Positions 45,331-59,670 of a stretch of 64,000 bases of DNA are shown one piece after another. The notes under the pieces were generated by a model that was not told the origin of the DNA, made no database searches, and saw only the letters and a program-made list of their open reading frames with translations. How positions within the stretch are numbered: position 1 is the first letter of the stretch; every line of letters begins with the position of its first letter. Position numbers and translations under genes: made by a program. The stretch lies in contig OZ024758.1 in assembly GCA_964016885.1 (NCBI GenBank), forward strand, positions 32,116,001-32,180,000, read 5' to 3'. Origin of the DNA: Eledone cirrhosa. Its lineage: Eukaryota.

Positions 45331-46360
45331 TATATATATGTACGTATGCGTTTACCAAAACAAACCGAGCATTATAATAAATGTTTGGTAAACCCATACG
45401 TATATATATATATGTGTGCATGTATGTATGTATATACATACTAGTACTACATCATAAGAACACCCCACGAGCTCATAAACAGCCGAGCGGAATCAGTCAT
45501 AAATTGTAGACGCCAGGTGCAGGCATCGTATTTTGCCTGGAAAGCGATGGCGACATGAAAACTACGAACTGGGTCCCCCTGCCCTAACCATAACACCCCG
45601 GTGGGCAGGCGGTATAAACAAACATCTGTGAACCAAATGTACATCGCAGACCATGCTCGAACAAGCATTAGTGAAGCAACACCTACTAAATAATAAATGT
45701 ACATCCAAGACCCGACTTGTACTGGCACTAGTGAAACAAAACCCATAATATAAAAATGCTAAACACCAGCATATGAACAGGTATAAAAAGCCAAATTGGA
45801 CCAGATTGTCTGAACACCGGCCAGAGTTACTCCCCCTGCTCTGCGATAATCACAGCACATGCATGTTGGTGAAGAAGGAACTCTGATGTTAATTTAACCG
45901 TGAAATCCCTCCTGGGTCCGGTATTGATCATTTTTTGTTTTCCATGCCCTTGATAAGCCCATTCCGGGCGAAACGTACGTAGGCGCACTGTTATATAAAC
46001 ATGTTCTAATGGTTTTAAACTCCTTGAATTCATTTCTTCTATAATCGCTCTGCTTATTTTTTCTCACCCACTAAATATTGACACATCTAATATTTAACCC
46101 TATAGGCACGAGTATTGAGCCATATGCATAAACTATTGGCAACTAAATATATGTATCGCCTATCTTTCCTTTTTTCTCTCTCTCGATACTTAATCATTCT
46201 ATATATATATATATATATATATGTTTGGATGTAGCTGTCAAAACGAACAGAGCTCAGCCGTCGGGCTCCCGGCTCTTTTCCTATTACCCACTCTACTACC
46301 CTAAGTATTGAGTACTCTGGTGCGTTATGGTCCACCTGGTATCTTACCACACCCTCTTTG

Positions 46361-46413
<53 letters not shown>

Positions 46414-47079
46414 TAGATAGATAGATATAAATATATATATATGAATATATCATACATTGAGTTAGAAACTCAAAATAGTCTTTTACAATTAAATAATTCA
46501 AAGAAGGGAATCTTTCTGAGCCGTGTAATATAATTGGATATATGAGAGGGATGGACACATGTGCTTTTATATCAGCATATCGTTCAGTCTTCTTAGATCC
46601 TTTGAAGTGAAAGGTACAAATTTTCTGGATACCTACTGAAGAGCACGGGAATGGTGGCTTTCACTTAATAATTCTTGCGAACAGATTTAGGTCTGTCTGG
46701 GTATCACAGGCTGTTGCCCGATATATGTTTATTGATTTATTACTTTAAATCGAGTCAGGCAAACCATATTGTTTTAAGTTAGTATTTTTTCAACCTAGCT
46801 AACTTGGTCATTTGCAATTGGAGCACATGTATACTTATATCTGTTTTCATCTCTCTCATATATTCAATTATAAATGAATATATATATATGCAAGCAGGGA
46901 AGAGCGGACGTAAAATGATGATGATATATAATATTATATATATAATATATTAATATATAAAAGAATATATATATAGTATATTTATATATATATTATATAT
47001 ATGAATACATATATATATTATATATATGAATACATATATATATATTATATATATGAATATATATATATATAATATATAG

Positions 47080-48870
47080 TAATAATAATAAATGTGAAGA
47101 CTAAAATCCAAAGAGGGTTCGATAAGGATAAATATATATCAAATATATAAGAACCCTAGAGCAAATATTTATTAAAATAACAGATTAAAGTTTAAGCAAA
47201 GAATCGCTGCTTTCACCCTTAATGGGACCTTCTGAAACTAAAAATTTCAATCTGTGAACGCAGAAGTAAATATTTCGAAAAACGTTGCAGCCGAAGGAAA
47301 ACAGGAAGACGATACTTTGGTTCTTGAAGACGTTCCCTGGCAATGAACGGAAAAAGTGAAGATAATAAATACCATTAAAATATCTTACTCTACGACTCCT
47401 AACTTTGCACATAACATCACTGCTTCAAATTTAGCTAAATTACCTAGCCGTAGGAACACATGCACGCCTGAAGCTAGTACTAACTGTAATTGTAGGAATC
47501 GGGTTGACTGGCCTCTATCCGGGAAATGCCTCTCCAGTAACATTGTCTACAAATGTAAGGTCGGAACACCCACGTCCCGTAGGGCCTACATAGGTTTAAC
47601 CGCCAATAGATTCAAGCAGCGTCTTTACATGCACACCCATTCTTTTCTTAACTCTTTAAGAAGGAATATGACGTCACTTTCAGCTTATATCTGGGGACTA
47701 AAAGACAACCACACCCAATATAAGTTACACTGGGAGATCCTAGCTAAAACTAGATCGTATAACGGAAATAAAAGACCATGTGATCTTTGCGCCGCTGAAG
47801 CCCTGGAAATACTCTACGTTAATGATTACATCTTAAACAAAAAATCTGAGGCAATTTCGGCTTGTAAACACAAATTGCATAAAACCTTCCTGTATTACAG
47901 CCCCACATTATACCCTAACGGATAGTACGAACAATACGCGGATAATTTACATCTTGATGTGGTAGCTATGTATATTTTATGTTTATACCATTACTTATTT
48001 GTATAGGTAAGTATATATTACCTGTATGTTTTGTGAAGGTACGTATACTTTCTCGTACGTATATTTGCTTGTATTTGTTATAGGTGTATATATTATATTA
48101 TATATACTGGTACATGTGTTTATGGTTATGTGTATACGTGTATTTTGCATTTGTGTTTGTATGCGGGTTTGCACGCATGTAGGGTGTGTGTATATGTGTA
48201 CTTTGTGTTTTGGTTTATGTACGTTTGGTGAACATATGTGTATTTACCTGTAGGTATGTGTGAGTGTGCGTTATATACGTATTTATGTGTGTATATTTAT
48301 ATACGTTTATATAATTATATGTATACACACATATATATTTTTTAATGTGTATTTGGTGTATACGTCCGTATGTGTGCGGGTACATGTGTCGCGCGGATTT
48401 ACGTACGTGTGCGCGTGTTTATGTGTACGTGCATGTATATGCATGCATGGCGGGTGTTTTCGCATATACACGCATATAGATGTGTGTATGTATATATTTA
48501 ATTATTATAACTTTTATGATTTTAATAACCTCTGTCATTTTCGTTCCACTAATTTATTTACACTATTCTTAACTCCGAAGCCGAGAATCATTCGGTTTCC
48601 TAAACAGAATATTAGTCTACGACTTCATTTATACCATAAACATGGTTTTGTCTTTGCATGTATTTGTTCTTAGCGCTCCACATAACGACGTATTATCTTC
48701 GCCTTTTTCCGTTCATTGCCAAAATATCATCTCCTTGTTTTCCTTCTGTTGCAACGTTTTTCGAACTATTTACTTCTGCGTTCACAGATTGATTTTTTTA
48801 GTTTCAGAAGATCGCGTTAAGGGTGAAAGCAGCGATTCTTTGCTTACACTTTAATCTGTTATTTTAATAT
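47080..48870 (+). mobile_element. PLE family A copy with inverted pLTR (47080-47365 minus; GIY-YIG ORF 47370-47925; tail to 48870)
   Basis: ORF 47356-47925 is close to 17563-18072. Confidence 0.88.
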
Positions 48871-48882
48871 ATATATATATAA

Positions 48883-49518
48883 TCTATATTACTAAAACAG
48901 AGAATGTCTGTCTGTCCAATCCCTAAACCTCGAGAACCACCCAACCGAGGTTTTTCAAACTTTTCACATGTAATACTTATGGGCCCGTGAGTCTTTTGAG
49001 GCAAGAAATTTTCAAATTTTCAATGCCCTAGGGACTGCATTAGGCGATTTAGCGATCTCTCTCTATAATTCTTAGTCTTTCTCTTTTATAATATCTCTCT
49101 GTATGCCTGACTCTCTGCATTACGTCATTATGACGCGATCAGTGTGTGTGTGTATATGTATATATAGTGTGTGTATATATTTATATATATATTCTTATGC
49201 CAGGGAATGTCTTCACGAACCAAAGTAACGTCTTCCTGTTTTCCTTCGGTTGCAACGTTTTTCGAAATATTTACATCTGCGTTCACAGATTAATTTTTTT
49301 AGTTTCAGAAGATCCCGTTAAGGGTGAAAGCAGCGATTCTTTGCTTAAACTTTAATATGTTATTTTAATATAGATATTCGTGTACAGATATTTTTGCATA
49401 CACAATAACAAAATATAAACAAACGTATTTATTTCACGAGGCTCGATAAGGATAAATATATATCAAATATATAAGAACCCTAGTGCAAATTCCGAGCAAC
49501 GCCGGGTCATTCTGCTAG
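48883..49518 (+). mobile_element. Non-autonomous Helitron
   Basis: 5' a|TCTATATTACTAAAA, subterminal hairpin ccg-agcaacgc-cgg, 3' CTAG|t, inserted between A and T. Confidence 0.72.
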
Positions 49519-49522
49519 TATA

Positions 49523-49830
49523 TCATCATCATCATCATCATCATTTGGCGTCCGCTTTTCCCTGCTTGCAAGGGTGGGATGGGAACTGATTCTGGCTTGA
49601 TTTCTACAGCTGGATGCCCTTCCTAACATCAACCTCTTTTACAGTGAGTGCTGGGTGCTTTTTTTCCATGGTGCCTACACATCCACTTTGCAGTGGAATG
49701 ATATGGACCCCAGTCCCTATCATCTCATTTCTACTGCTGAGTAAACTGGAGCAATGGGAAATAAAGTGTCGTGCTCAAGGAAACAACACAACACCCTGTC
49801 CGAGAATTGAACTGCAAGGCCAATGCCTCC
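49523..49830 (-). mobile_element. RTE 3' end fragment plus a reverse-oriented SINE fragment
   Basis: (CAT)n-ttggcgtccgcttttccctgcttgcaagg matches 507-565. The segment gtgctcaaggaaacaacac..gagaattgaac is SINE-like. Confidence 0.6.
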
Positions 49831-49889
49831 ATAATAATATATATATTATATATATATATATTATATATATATATATATATATGATATAT

Positions 49890-52535
49890 AGATTGGAGGA
49901 GCATTCTAGTCAGATAGATTTTATCCTTATCAGAGATCAAGATAGATGGACGGTTGTAAACACAAAAGCCTTCCCTGGTGAAGAATGTCAGTGACTTCAT
50001 TGTCAGACCTAGACAAACTTGGAAACAGAAGGCAACCTGGAGAAGAAAGATCTGGAAGCTGAAAGACCCCTCAGCCAGTAACAGATTTAAAGATATCTTA
50101 CTTGATGCCTATGACAGTAAAGAAGAACAGATAGTGACATTCAATGTAGAAAAGCACTGGGAGTTCCTAAAAAATAACTTACTAAAAGTGACGGACGAGA
50201 TCTGTGGTTGGAGCAAGACCACAGGGAGGAGGAGAGTGACTTGGTGGTGTGGAACAATAAGGTAGATAAGGCAGTTAAGGCCAAGAGACAGGAATGGAAA
50301 GAATGGAAGAACGGGGATAGCAGGGTACATTACAGAGACCAGGAGGGAAGTTAGGTGACAAATATACTTAGCTAAAAGGAAAGCAGAGGATAACAAATTC
50401 AAGCATGTTTTGCAGCATGAGGACCAGAAACAGGTGTTCAGGATTGTGAGGCAGTGTGTTAGAGAAAATTGTGATGTCATTGGAGAGAAGTGTATCTGGA
50501 ATGATAAAGGTGAGCTTGCCCTCACAATGCCAAGAAGAAAGATGCGTGAAAGAGCCATTATGAAAGATTACTAAATGAGGAGAATGCATGGGAGAAAGAG
50601 ACTCTACGCCAAGTAGACCCTATAGAGGGGGCAGCAATACAAGTCAGCAGCAGCGTAGTAAGGCAATCAAAGATATGAAGACAGGGAAGGCAACCTGTCC
50701 ATCGGGTATAGCTGCCAAGATGCTGAAAGCATCTGGAGTGGTAGGTCACACGATAACCACACGTATTGTTAACCAGGTAATACTAGGTGTCATACCAAAG
50801 GATTGGCACAGCAGCATCATTGTCAACTGCTACAAGGGTAAAGGTGATACATTAGATAGAGGAAACAATAGAGGTATAAAGCTGACAGTCATGAAAGTAA
50901 TGGAAAGGGTTATAGCACAGTTGATTAGGGACCAGGTAAAACTAGATGAGATGGATTTGGGTTTGTGCCAGGAAGAGGAACGACTGATGCCCTCTTCCTT
51001 GTGAGGTAGTTACAGGAAAAGTACCTAGCTAAAAGTTAGTCGCTCTACCTGGCATTTGTCGATGTGGAAAAAGCCTTCGACAGAGTGCCCCATGCTATAA
51101 TCTGGTAGGCTCTTAGAAAACTAGGAGTAGATGAATGGCTTGTGAAAGATGTACAAGCCATGTATAGGGGAGCAGTCAGTAAAGAAAGGGTTAACAATGA
51201 CTATAGCGAGGAATATAGCATACAGGTCGGTGTCCACCAGGGCAATAACGGAGGAGTTTAAGACTGGATGCCCACGGGAATTCCTGTATGCAGATGACCT
51301 CGCACTTATAGCTGAATCTATGGTAGAACTAGAGAAGAAATTCCAAACTTGGAAGCAGGGACTAGAAAGAAAGGGTCTCAAAGTTAACCTGTCAAAGACT
51401 AACGTCCTCAAAGGTAGACGAGAAAACAGAACCCAGATCCCCTCAGGGAAATGGCCTTGCTCAGTATGTAGGAAAGGTGTAGGTAGGAACTCCATTCTCT
51501 GTCCCAAATGCAAACAATGGGTACACAAGAGATGTACTGGGATCTCAGGAAGCTTAGCTAAGAATGTAGGCTTTACATGTAGCAGCTGTGCTGGGACAGC
51601 AAGCAGCAAACACCCACAGGAAACAAGTACCACCAAACTCTGGGAGGGCTCTGTAGAAACAGTAGACAGCTTCTGCTACCTAGGTGACCGAATTAGCAGC
51701 GGAGGTGGGTGTTCGGAAAGTACAATAACTAGGGTAAGAACAGGATGGAAGAAGTTCAGGGAGCTACTACCACTGCTAGCTGCGAAATGATTTTCCCTCA
51801 AAATGAAGGGCAGACTGTATGATGCGTGTATACGAACAGCAATGTTACATGGTAGTGAGACCTGGGCGCTGTCTGTAGAAGACTTGCGTAGATTAGAAAT
51901 AAATGAAGCTTGCATGCTCTGGTGGATGTGTAATAGTAATATACGTGAACGGCAATGCATAAATGAATTGAGAGAGAGACTGAGCATAAGAGGAATCAAA
52001 TGCTGTGTGCAGGAGAGGAGGTTACGTTGGTATGGACATGTGATGCGTATGAAGGATGACAGCTGCATAAAAGGTGCAGAGCACTAGAAGTCACTTGAAA
52101 CCGTGGAGTGGGGAGACCCAAGAAGACCTGGGATGAGGTGATAAAAGCCGACCTTACCCAATTGCACCTCTCAAAGGTGTGACCTCTGGCATTGTGCAGT
52201 AATACAGAAGACCCGACCCCCACAGGAACAAGCCGAAGCTGAAGCATATAGACAATATTCCCCAGCCCCTCCCACTGCAAAGTGGTCGTGGAGGTGCCAA
52301 GGCAAAAATAACTCAGCCCACACTGTAAAGTGGACGTGTAGGCACCACGGAAAAAAGCACCCAACACTCACTGTAAATGAGGTTGGTGTTAGGAAGGGCA
52401 TCCAGCTGTAGAAATCAAACCAGAATCAGTTCCCGTATGAGCAAGACAAAGTCACCCGACCTGACATCGCCCACAACAGGACAATCTGTCTAACCCATGC
52501 TAGCGTGGAAGAATGGATGTAAAATGGTGATGATG
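49890..52535 (+). mobile_element. RTE-clade LINE, degraded ORF2 plus 3' UTR
   Basis: SQIDFILIR (end of APE), FVDVEKAFDRVP, FLYADDLAL, Cys finger, RLRWYGHVMRM, tail ggatgtaaaatggtgatgatg. Confidence 0.92.
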
Positions 52536-52581
52536 TATATATATACATATATATTGTATATGTATATATATACACATATAA

Positions 52582-52665
<84 letters not shown>

Positions 52666-52704
52666 ATATATATTGTTATGCTTTGGGATATAAATATATA
52701 TATA

Positions 52705-55165
52705 TTTATTAAAATAATAGATTCAAGTTTAAGCAAAGAATCACTGCTTTCACCCTTAACGGGATCTTCTGAAAAAATCAATCTGTGAACGCAGAAGTAA
52801 ATAGTTAAAAAAACGTGGCAACTCAAGGAAGAGAGGGAGACGATACTTTGGTTCGAGGAGACGTTCCCTGGCAAAGAACGGGTAAAGACAATTACACAAA
52901 GACAAAACCACATTTATGGTATAAATGAAGTCATAGACTAATATTCTATGAGGTGGTTCGAGGAGACGTTCTATGGCAATGAACGGAAAAAAACGAAGAT
53001 AATACATCATTACAAAACCACGTATATGGTATAAATGAAGTCATAGACTAATATTCTATTAGGAAACCGAATGATTCCCGGCTTCAGAGTTAAGAATAAA
53101 GGAAATAAATGACAGAGGTAATTGAAATTAAATATATATATGCACGTAACCATATACGTACATACACAAGCATACGTGAAACACCCGCAATGGGTATGTC
53201 AATACAAGCACGTACACAAAAAAAACAAAACATGCACGCACATACAGACCCCACGCAACGCCTGTACCCGCACGCATACGAACGTATACACCAAATACAC
53301 ATAAGAATATAAAAACAATATATATATATGTGTGTGTGAGTGTGCGTGTATACATATAATTATATAAACGTATATAAATTTACACACATAAATACATATA
53401 AACGCGCTCACACACATACCACCTGTAAATACACATATGTACGCAGACGTACGTCAACCAAAACAGAAAGTACACATATACACACACCCTACATACGTAC
53501 GAACCCGCATACTCACGTATACGCATAACCATAAGCACATGTACCAGTATATATAATATATACGCCATAACACATACAATCAAATATGCGTACGAGGAAG
53601 TATACGTACCTTCATAAAACATACAGGTAACATATACTTACCTATACAAATAAGTAAAGGTATAAACATAACATATACTTAGCTACCACATCAAGACGTA
53701 AAATTTCCGCGTATAGTTCGTACTATCCGTTAGGGTATAATGTGGGGCTGTAATACAGGAAAGTTTTGTGCAATTTATGTTTACAAGCCGAAATTACCTC
53801 AGATTTTTTGTTTAAGATCTGGTCTTTGGCTTAGAGTATTTCCAGGGCCTCAGCGGCGCAGAGGTCACATGGTATTTTATTTCCGTTATACGATCTAGCC
53901 GTAGCTAGGATCTCCCAGTGTAACTTATATTGGGTGTGGTTGTCTTTTAGACTCCAAATATAAGCTGAAAGTGACATCATATTCCTTCTTAAAGGGTTAA
54001 GAAAAGAATGGGTATGCATGTAAAGACGCTGCTTGAATCTATTGGTGGTTAACCCTATGCAGGCCCTACGGGACGTGGGTGTTTCAACCTTACATTTGTA
54101 GAAAATGTTACTAGAGAGGCATTTCCCGGATAGGGGGCAGTCAACCCGATTCCTACAATTACAGTTAGTACTAACTACAGGGTTGCACGTGTTCCTACAG
54201 CTAGGTAGTTTAGATAAATTTGAAGCTGTGATGTTATGTTCAAGGTTAGGAGTTGTAGAGTAAGAAATTTTAATGGTATTTCTATTAAAAATGTTACTAT
54301 ATTTATGTGCTGGGGGGAAAAGCTTCTTAATAAGGGAGAGAAAGATCTTAGCTAATGGTGTGGCCACCTCCATACTATATGGTGGGTTATACCATATATT
54401 GCGTCGGGATCTATTTTTCCTCAGTCTATTCTCGTACTCTCTATAAGCTCCCTTATCGACAAATCCACTCCGAGCAAGAGCTTCATCGTAATATGTGGAA
54501 TGGTCGTTGAAAATATGCTCGTTTGTAGATAGACGGGAAAGCCTCAAAGAAACGTTTCTTACCAGGTTCTTGGTTATTCTGGCAGGATGGTTAGAATGCT
54601 TACTTATGCAATTAAGCGTATCATTCGGCTTTCTATACGGGTAGTGGAGCCATTCGACAAATTGAGGGTATCGTCGAGGTAATTAACGACCGAGAGATTG
54701 GCCTCAACCTGTATGGAGAGGTTGAAGCCTTTAAAGGAGGCTGTGAGTTCTTTTCTGAACCTGTCGCAAGCACGTGGGCCGCACTTAGTCATGGTCAAAA
54801 GACCGTCATCACGGTACAAACCACCGCCCACGTTGGGGAATTCTTACTTGATAGAGAAAAGAAGGAAAAGGCCGATAAGATCAGCAACCTCCGTAGAATC
54901 GCTGGCGCCCATACTCACGTCGAATGGGGGTGCTATTAAATTTTTTAATCCAAATAGAGTCGTCGAAATTAATCACCGACTTACGGGCATTGAGGATGCC
55001 ATCAACTTCGAAATCCTTAGCCACTGTGAGTGTTTTAGCGAAATTGATAGCTCTAAGAAGGAGTGGTAAAGTAGTAATTATTGATGTCGAATTGGATAAA
55101 ACGGCAATGTTCCTTGTTGAACCAATCAATCACCGTGAAAGAATTGTTCCACAGTGCAAGAGGGG
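52705..55165 (-). mobile_element. PLE family A copy (RT-GIY-YIG remnant about 53725-55165, tail 52705-53720)
   Basis: ORFs 54881-55129, 54604-54831 (GGGLYRDDGL) and 53831-54547. Confidence 0.9.
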
Positions 55166-55189
55166 CCAAACTTCTATATATATATATAT

Positions 55190-56385
55190 ATCATCATCAT
55201 CATCATCATCAGGTTTAGCGTCCGTGTTCCACGCTTGCATGGGTTTGGACGGGGGTTTTCCCACTTGAGGCAAGAGTGGTTGTCTTGCTCGCATAGGACT
55301 GTCTGGCGGGTTTTCTACAGTTGGATGCCCTTCCTAACACCAACCACATTTACAGTGTGGGGCTGGGAGGTTTTTACCGTGTTGCCTACATGGCCACATT
55401 ACAGCGTGGACTGTCTGGCGGGTTTTCTACAGCTGGATGCCCTTCCTAACACCAACCACATTTACAGTGTGGGGCTGGGAGGTTTTTACCGTGTTGCCTA
55501 CACGGCCACATTTACAGCGTGGACTGTGTGTTTTTTTGTCGTGACACCTACACGATCTCATTTGTTTCGGCCTGGATGTTGTGGGACCAACATAACTTTA
55601 CATTGAAAGGGGCGGTGTGGATGGGGTGGAGGTGGTGGGACGGGGGTGTGTTTTGATAGAGATGCCTACTGACTGTAGTAGGTTTTTACTTTGTATTTAG
55701 GTAAGGCGGGTCTTCTCTATTACTGAGTACCGCCAAAGGTCTCGGTCCAGTGACATTGTCTTGGAGAGGTGTAAGCGTGTGAGATCGGAATTTATCAGCT
55801 CGTCCCATGTTTTTCTGGGTCTGCCTACTCCGTGGCTACCGTCTATCTTTATTGCCCTGCACTTTGTTATACAGCTGTCGTCTTTCATGCGCATCACGTG
55901 ACCGTACCAACGTAGCCTTCTCTCGAGTAAACAACATCTGATCCCTCTTATTTCTAATTTTTTCCTTAGTTCGTTTATGCTTTGCCGTTCACGTATATTA
56001 CTATTGCACATCCAGCGGAGCATGCAAGCTTCGTTCCTCTCTAGTCTGCGTATATCCTCTGCACACGATGCCCAGGTCTCACTGCCATGCAGCATTGCTG
56101 TTCGTATGCAGGCATCGTATAACCTGCCTTTCATTTTTAGGGAGAACCCTCTAGCGGCTAATAGTGGTATAAGCTCTCTGAACTTTTTCCATCCAGTTCT
56201 GACTCTAGCTACTGTACTTTCAGAGCACCCTCCCCCACTGCTGATTTTGTCACCCAGGTAACGGAAGCTGTCCACTATTTCTATAGAACCCTCTGCGCAG
56301 TCGAAGGAGCTAGTATTTTGTGGGCACTTGCTGCTACTTATTGCACCAGAGCACCGGCCACATGTAAAATCTATGTTCTTAGTTA
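55190..56385 (-). mobile_element. RTE LINE 3' fragment with a tandem duplication of about 117 bp in the 3' UTR
   Basis: ORF 55697-56467 (FRYLGD, LHGSETW, RLRWYGHV). The duplication lies at about 55297-55525. Confidence 0.9.
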
Positions 56386-57511
56386 TATATATATATATAT
56401 ATTTATATATATCATAAAACATGTCTATAGAATCACAAGATAAAATATATACTATTTCCTCTCCCAATTAGCATAATTAACTATATAAAAAAAAAATCGA
56501 TTATTATTAATTTTTCATTGAGCCAAAAAGTGACCAGTTGCAAAACACGTATATGTATGCGTATATATATATGTAAACTTTTATATATATATGTAAACTT
56601 TTATATATATATATATATATATATATTTATACATATATATATGCATACATATATATATATATATTTATACATATATATATGCATACATATATATATATGG
56701 TGGCTGCCAACTCGTCTTCGAGTACGGCCACTACTTTATATCCATGTAGGAGAACCCCTACCGATGCGCTGAATGAGTGTGACTTTTTAGTCCAGCCAGC
56801 GACTTGAAAACTCTGGTACAAATACTACACTTGTATATATATATGTATGTATATACATATACACATACATATATATATATACATACATATATATATACAT
56901 ACATACATATATATATACATATATACATACATATATACATACATATATATATACATATATACATACATATATATATACATATATACATACATATATATAT
57001 ACATATATACATACATATATATATACAAATATACATACATATATATATACATACATATATATATATTTATATACATATATATATACATATATATATATTT
57101 ATATACATACATATATATACATATATACATGCATATATATATACATACATATATATATACATATATACATACATATATATATACATATATGGCTGCCAAC
57201 TCGTTTTCGAGTACGGCCACTACTTTATATCCATGTAGGAGAACCCCTACCGATGCGCTGAACGAGTGTGACTTTTTAGCCAGCGACTTGAAAATGCTGG
57301 TACAAACACTACACTTGTGACAATTATTGAAACATAGTGCTGGGCCCATGGTACCATGTGACGACAAGTGTAGAGAGATCAGAGATCTCCAGATATAAAG
57401 CAATGCTTGTGCCGTGAAGCTTTTATAGTGAGCAAAGGCACTGCACAAAGCCAGTCCCACTTTCTTAACCAAGATTATATTTACCAAAAAGCAGAACAAG
57501 TCAACGTCATA

Positions 57512-59660
57512 TCATCATCATCATCATCGTTTAACGTCCATCTTCCACGCTTGCATGGGTTTGGACAGGAATTTTCCCACTTGGGGCAAGATTGGTTGTC
57601 TTGCTTGTATAGGACTGTCTGGCGGGTTTTCTACGGCTGGATACCCTTCCTAACACCAACCAAGTTTACAGTGGACTGGGAGGTTTTTACCGTGTTACCT
57701 ACACGACCTCATTTGTTTTGGACTGTATGTTGTGGTACCAACATAGCTTTACATCGAAATGGCGTGGGGGTAGTGGGATGGGGGGGTGTTTTTGTTAGAG
57801 GTGCCTACTGACTGTAGGTTTCGCTTTGTACTTAGGCAAGGCGGGTCTTCTGTATTACTGTGTAGCGCCAAAGATCTCGGTCCAGTGACATTGTCTTGGA
57901 GAGGTGCAAGTGTGTGCGGTCGGAATTTATCAAGTCGTCCCAGGTTTTTCTGGGTCTGCCTACTCCGTGGTTACCGTCTATTTTTATCGACCTGCACTTT
58001 TTTTATCCAGCTGTCGTCTTTCATGCGCATCACATGACCATACCAACGTAGTCTTCTCTCGAGTAAACAACATCTGATCCCTCTTATTCCTAATTTCTCC
58101 CTTAGTTCGTTTATGCTTTGCCGTTCACGTATATTACTATTGCACATCCAGCGGAGCATGCAAGCTCCGTTCTTCTCCAGTCTGCGTATATCCTCTGCAC
58201 ACAATGCCCAGGTCTCACTGCCGTGCAACATTGCTGTTCATATGCAGGCATCATACAGCCTGCCTTTCATTTTTAGAGAGAACCCTTTAGGGGCCAATAG
58301 TGATATAAGCTCTCTGAACTTTTTCCATCCCGTTCTGACTCTAGCTACTGTACTTTCAGAGCACCCTCCACCACTGCTGATTTTGTCACCCAGGTAACGG
58401 AAGATGTCCACTATTTGTATAGAACCATCTGTGCAATAGAATGAGCTAGTATTCTGTGGGCACTTGCTGCTACTTATTGCACCAGAGCACCGGCCACATA
58501 TAAAATCTATATTCTTAGTTAGCTTACCTGTGATCCCACTACATCTTTTATGCACCCATACTTTGCATTTGGGACATAAAATGGAGTTTCTGCCTACGCC
58601 TTTCCTACACACTGAGCATGGCCATTTCCCAGATGGGACCGGTGCCCTATTTTCCTTCCTACAAACTAGAACTTTAGTCTTAGATAAGTTAACTTTAAGG
58701 CCTTTTGATTCTAGGCCATGCTTCCCTGTTTGGAATTTCTTTTCTAGTTCAGCCATTGATTCAGCTATGAGCGTTAGATCATCTGCGTATAGGAGTTCCC
58801 CTGGGCAGCCGGTCTTGAACTCCTCTGTTATAGCCTGAAGGGCTATAATAAATAGTAGAGGGCTAAGAACGGAGCCCTGATGAACACCAACTTTTACGCT
58901 AAACACTTCACTATATTTGTTGTTAATTCTAACCTTGCTGACTGTTTCTTTATACATGGCTTGTATAGCTCTCACAAGCCATTCATCAACACCTAGTTTT
59001 CTAGGAGCCCACCAGATAATGGAGCGGGGGACTCTGTCAAAGGCTTTCTCCAAGTCAACAAAAGCTATGTATAGGGGTTTACTTTTAGCTAGGTACTTCT
59101 CCTGTAGTTGTCGTACAATGAAAAGAGCGTCTGTGGTACTTTTACCTGACACAAACCCGAACTGCATTTCATCTAGATCAATTCGCTCTCTGATTAGTTG
59201 CGCTATTACATTTTCTGTGATCTTCATGACCTGGTCGATTAATTTTAATGCCTCTATAGTTACCCTTATCAAGAGCATCTCCTTTACCCTTGTAGCAGTT
59301 AATGATGATGCTGCTATGCCAGTCCTTCGGAACGGCCCCATTCTGTATGACTTGGTTTACGGGTGACCATAGTGTGTCCCACCGTTCCAGATGCTTTCAG
59401 CATTTCAGCAACTATTTCCGAAGGCCCGGCCGCCTTACCCGTCTTCATATCTTTGATTGCCTTACTTATTATACTACCTTCAACTGGCACTGCTGGTTCC
59501 TCTATTGGATCGATATGGGGGAGATTGTCTTTCTCCCATTTATTCTCCTCATTTAGTAGCCTTTCGTAGTGACACTTCCAAGCTACCTTCTTATCAGCGT
59601 CAGTGATGGCAAGTACACCATCATCATGAAGGTTTTCCTTGACACATTGCCTAGCAATAC
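57512..59660 (-). mobile_element. RTE LINE (RT, Cys finger, C-terminus)
   Basis: ORF 58238-59341: QFGF, FVDLEKAFDRVP, GVHQGSVLSPLLF, LLYADDL. Confidence 0.93.
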
Positions 59661-59670
59661 ATATATATAT

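Noticed and set aside
46470-46860. Possible coding exon on the minus strand
   Set aside because: In-frame stops, no recognisable domain and no clear splice sites.
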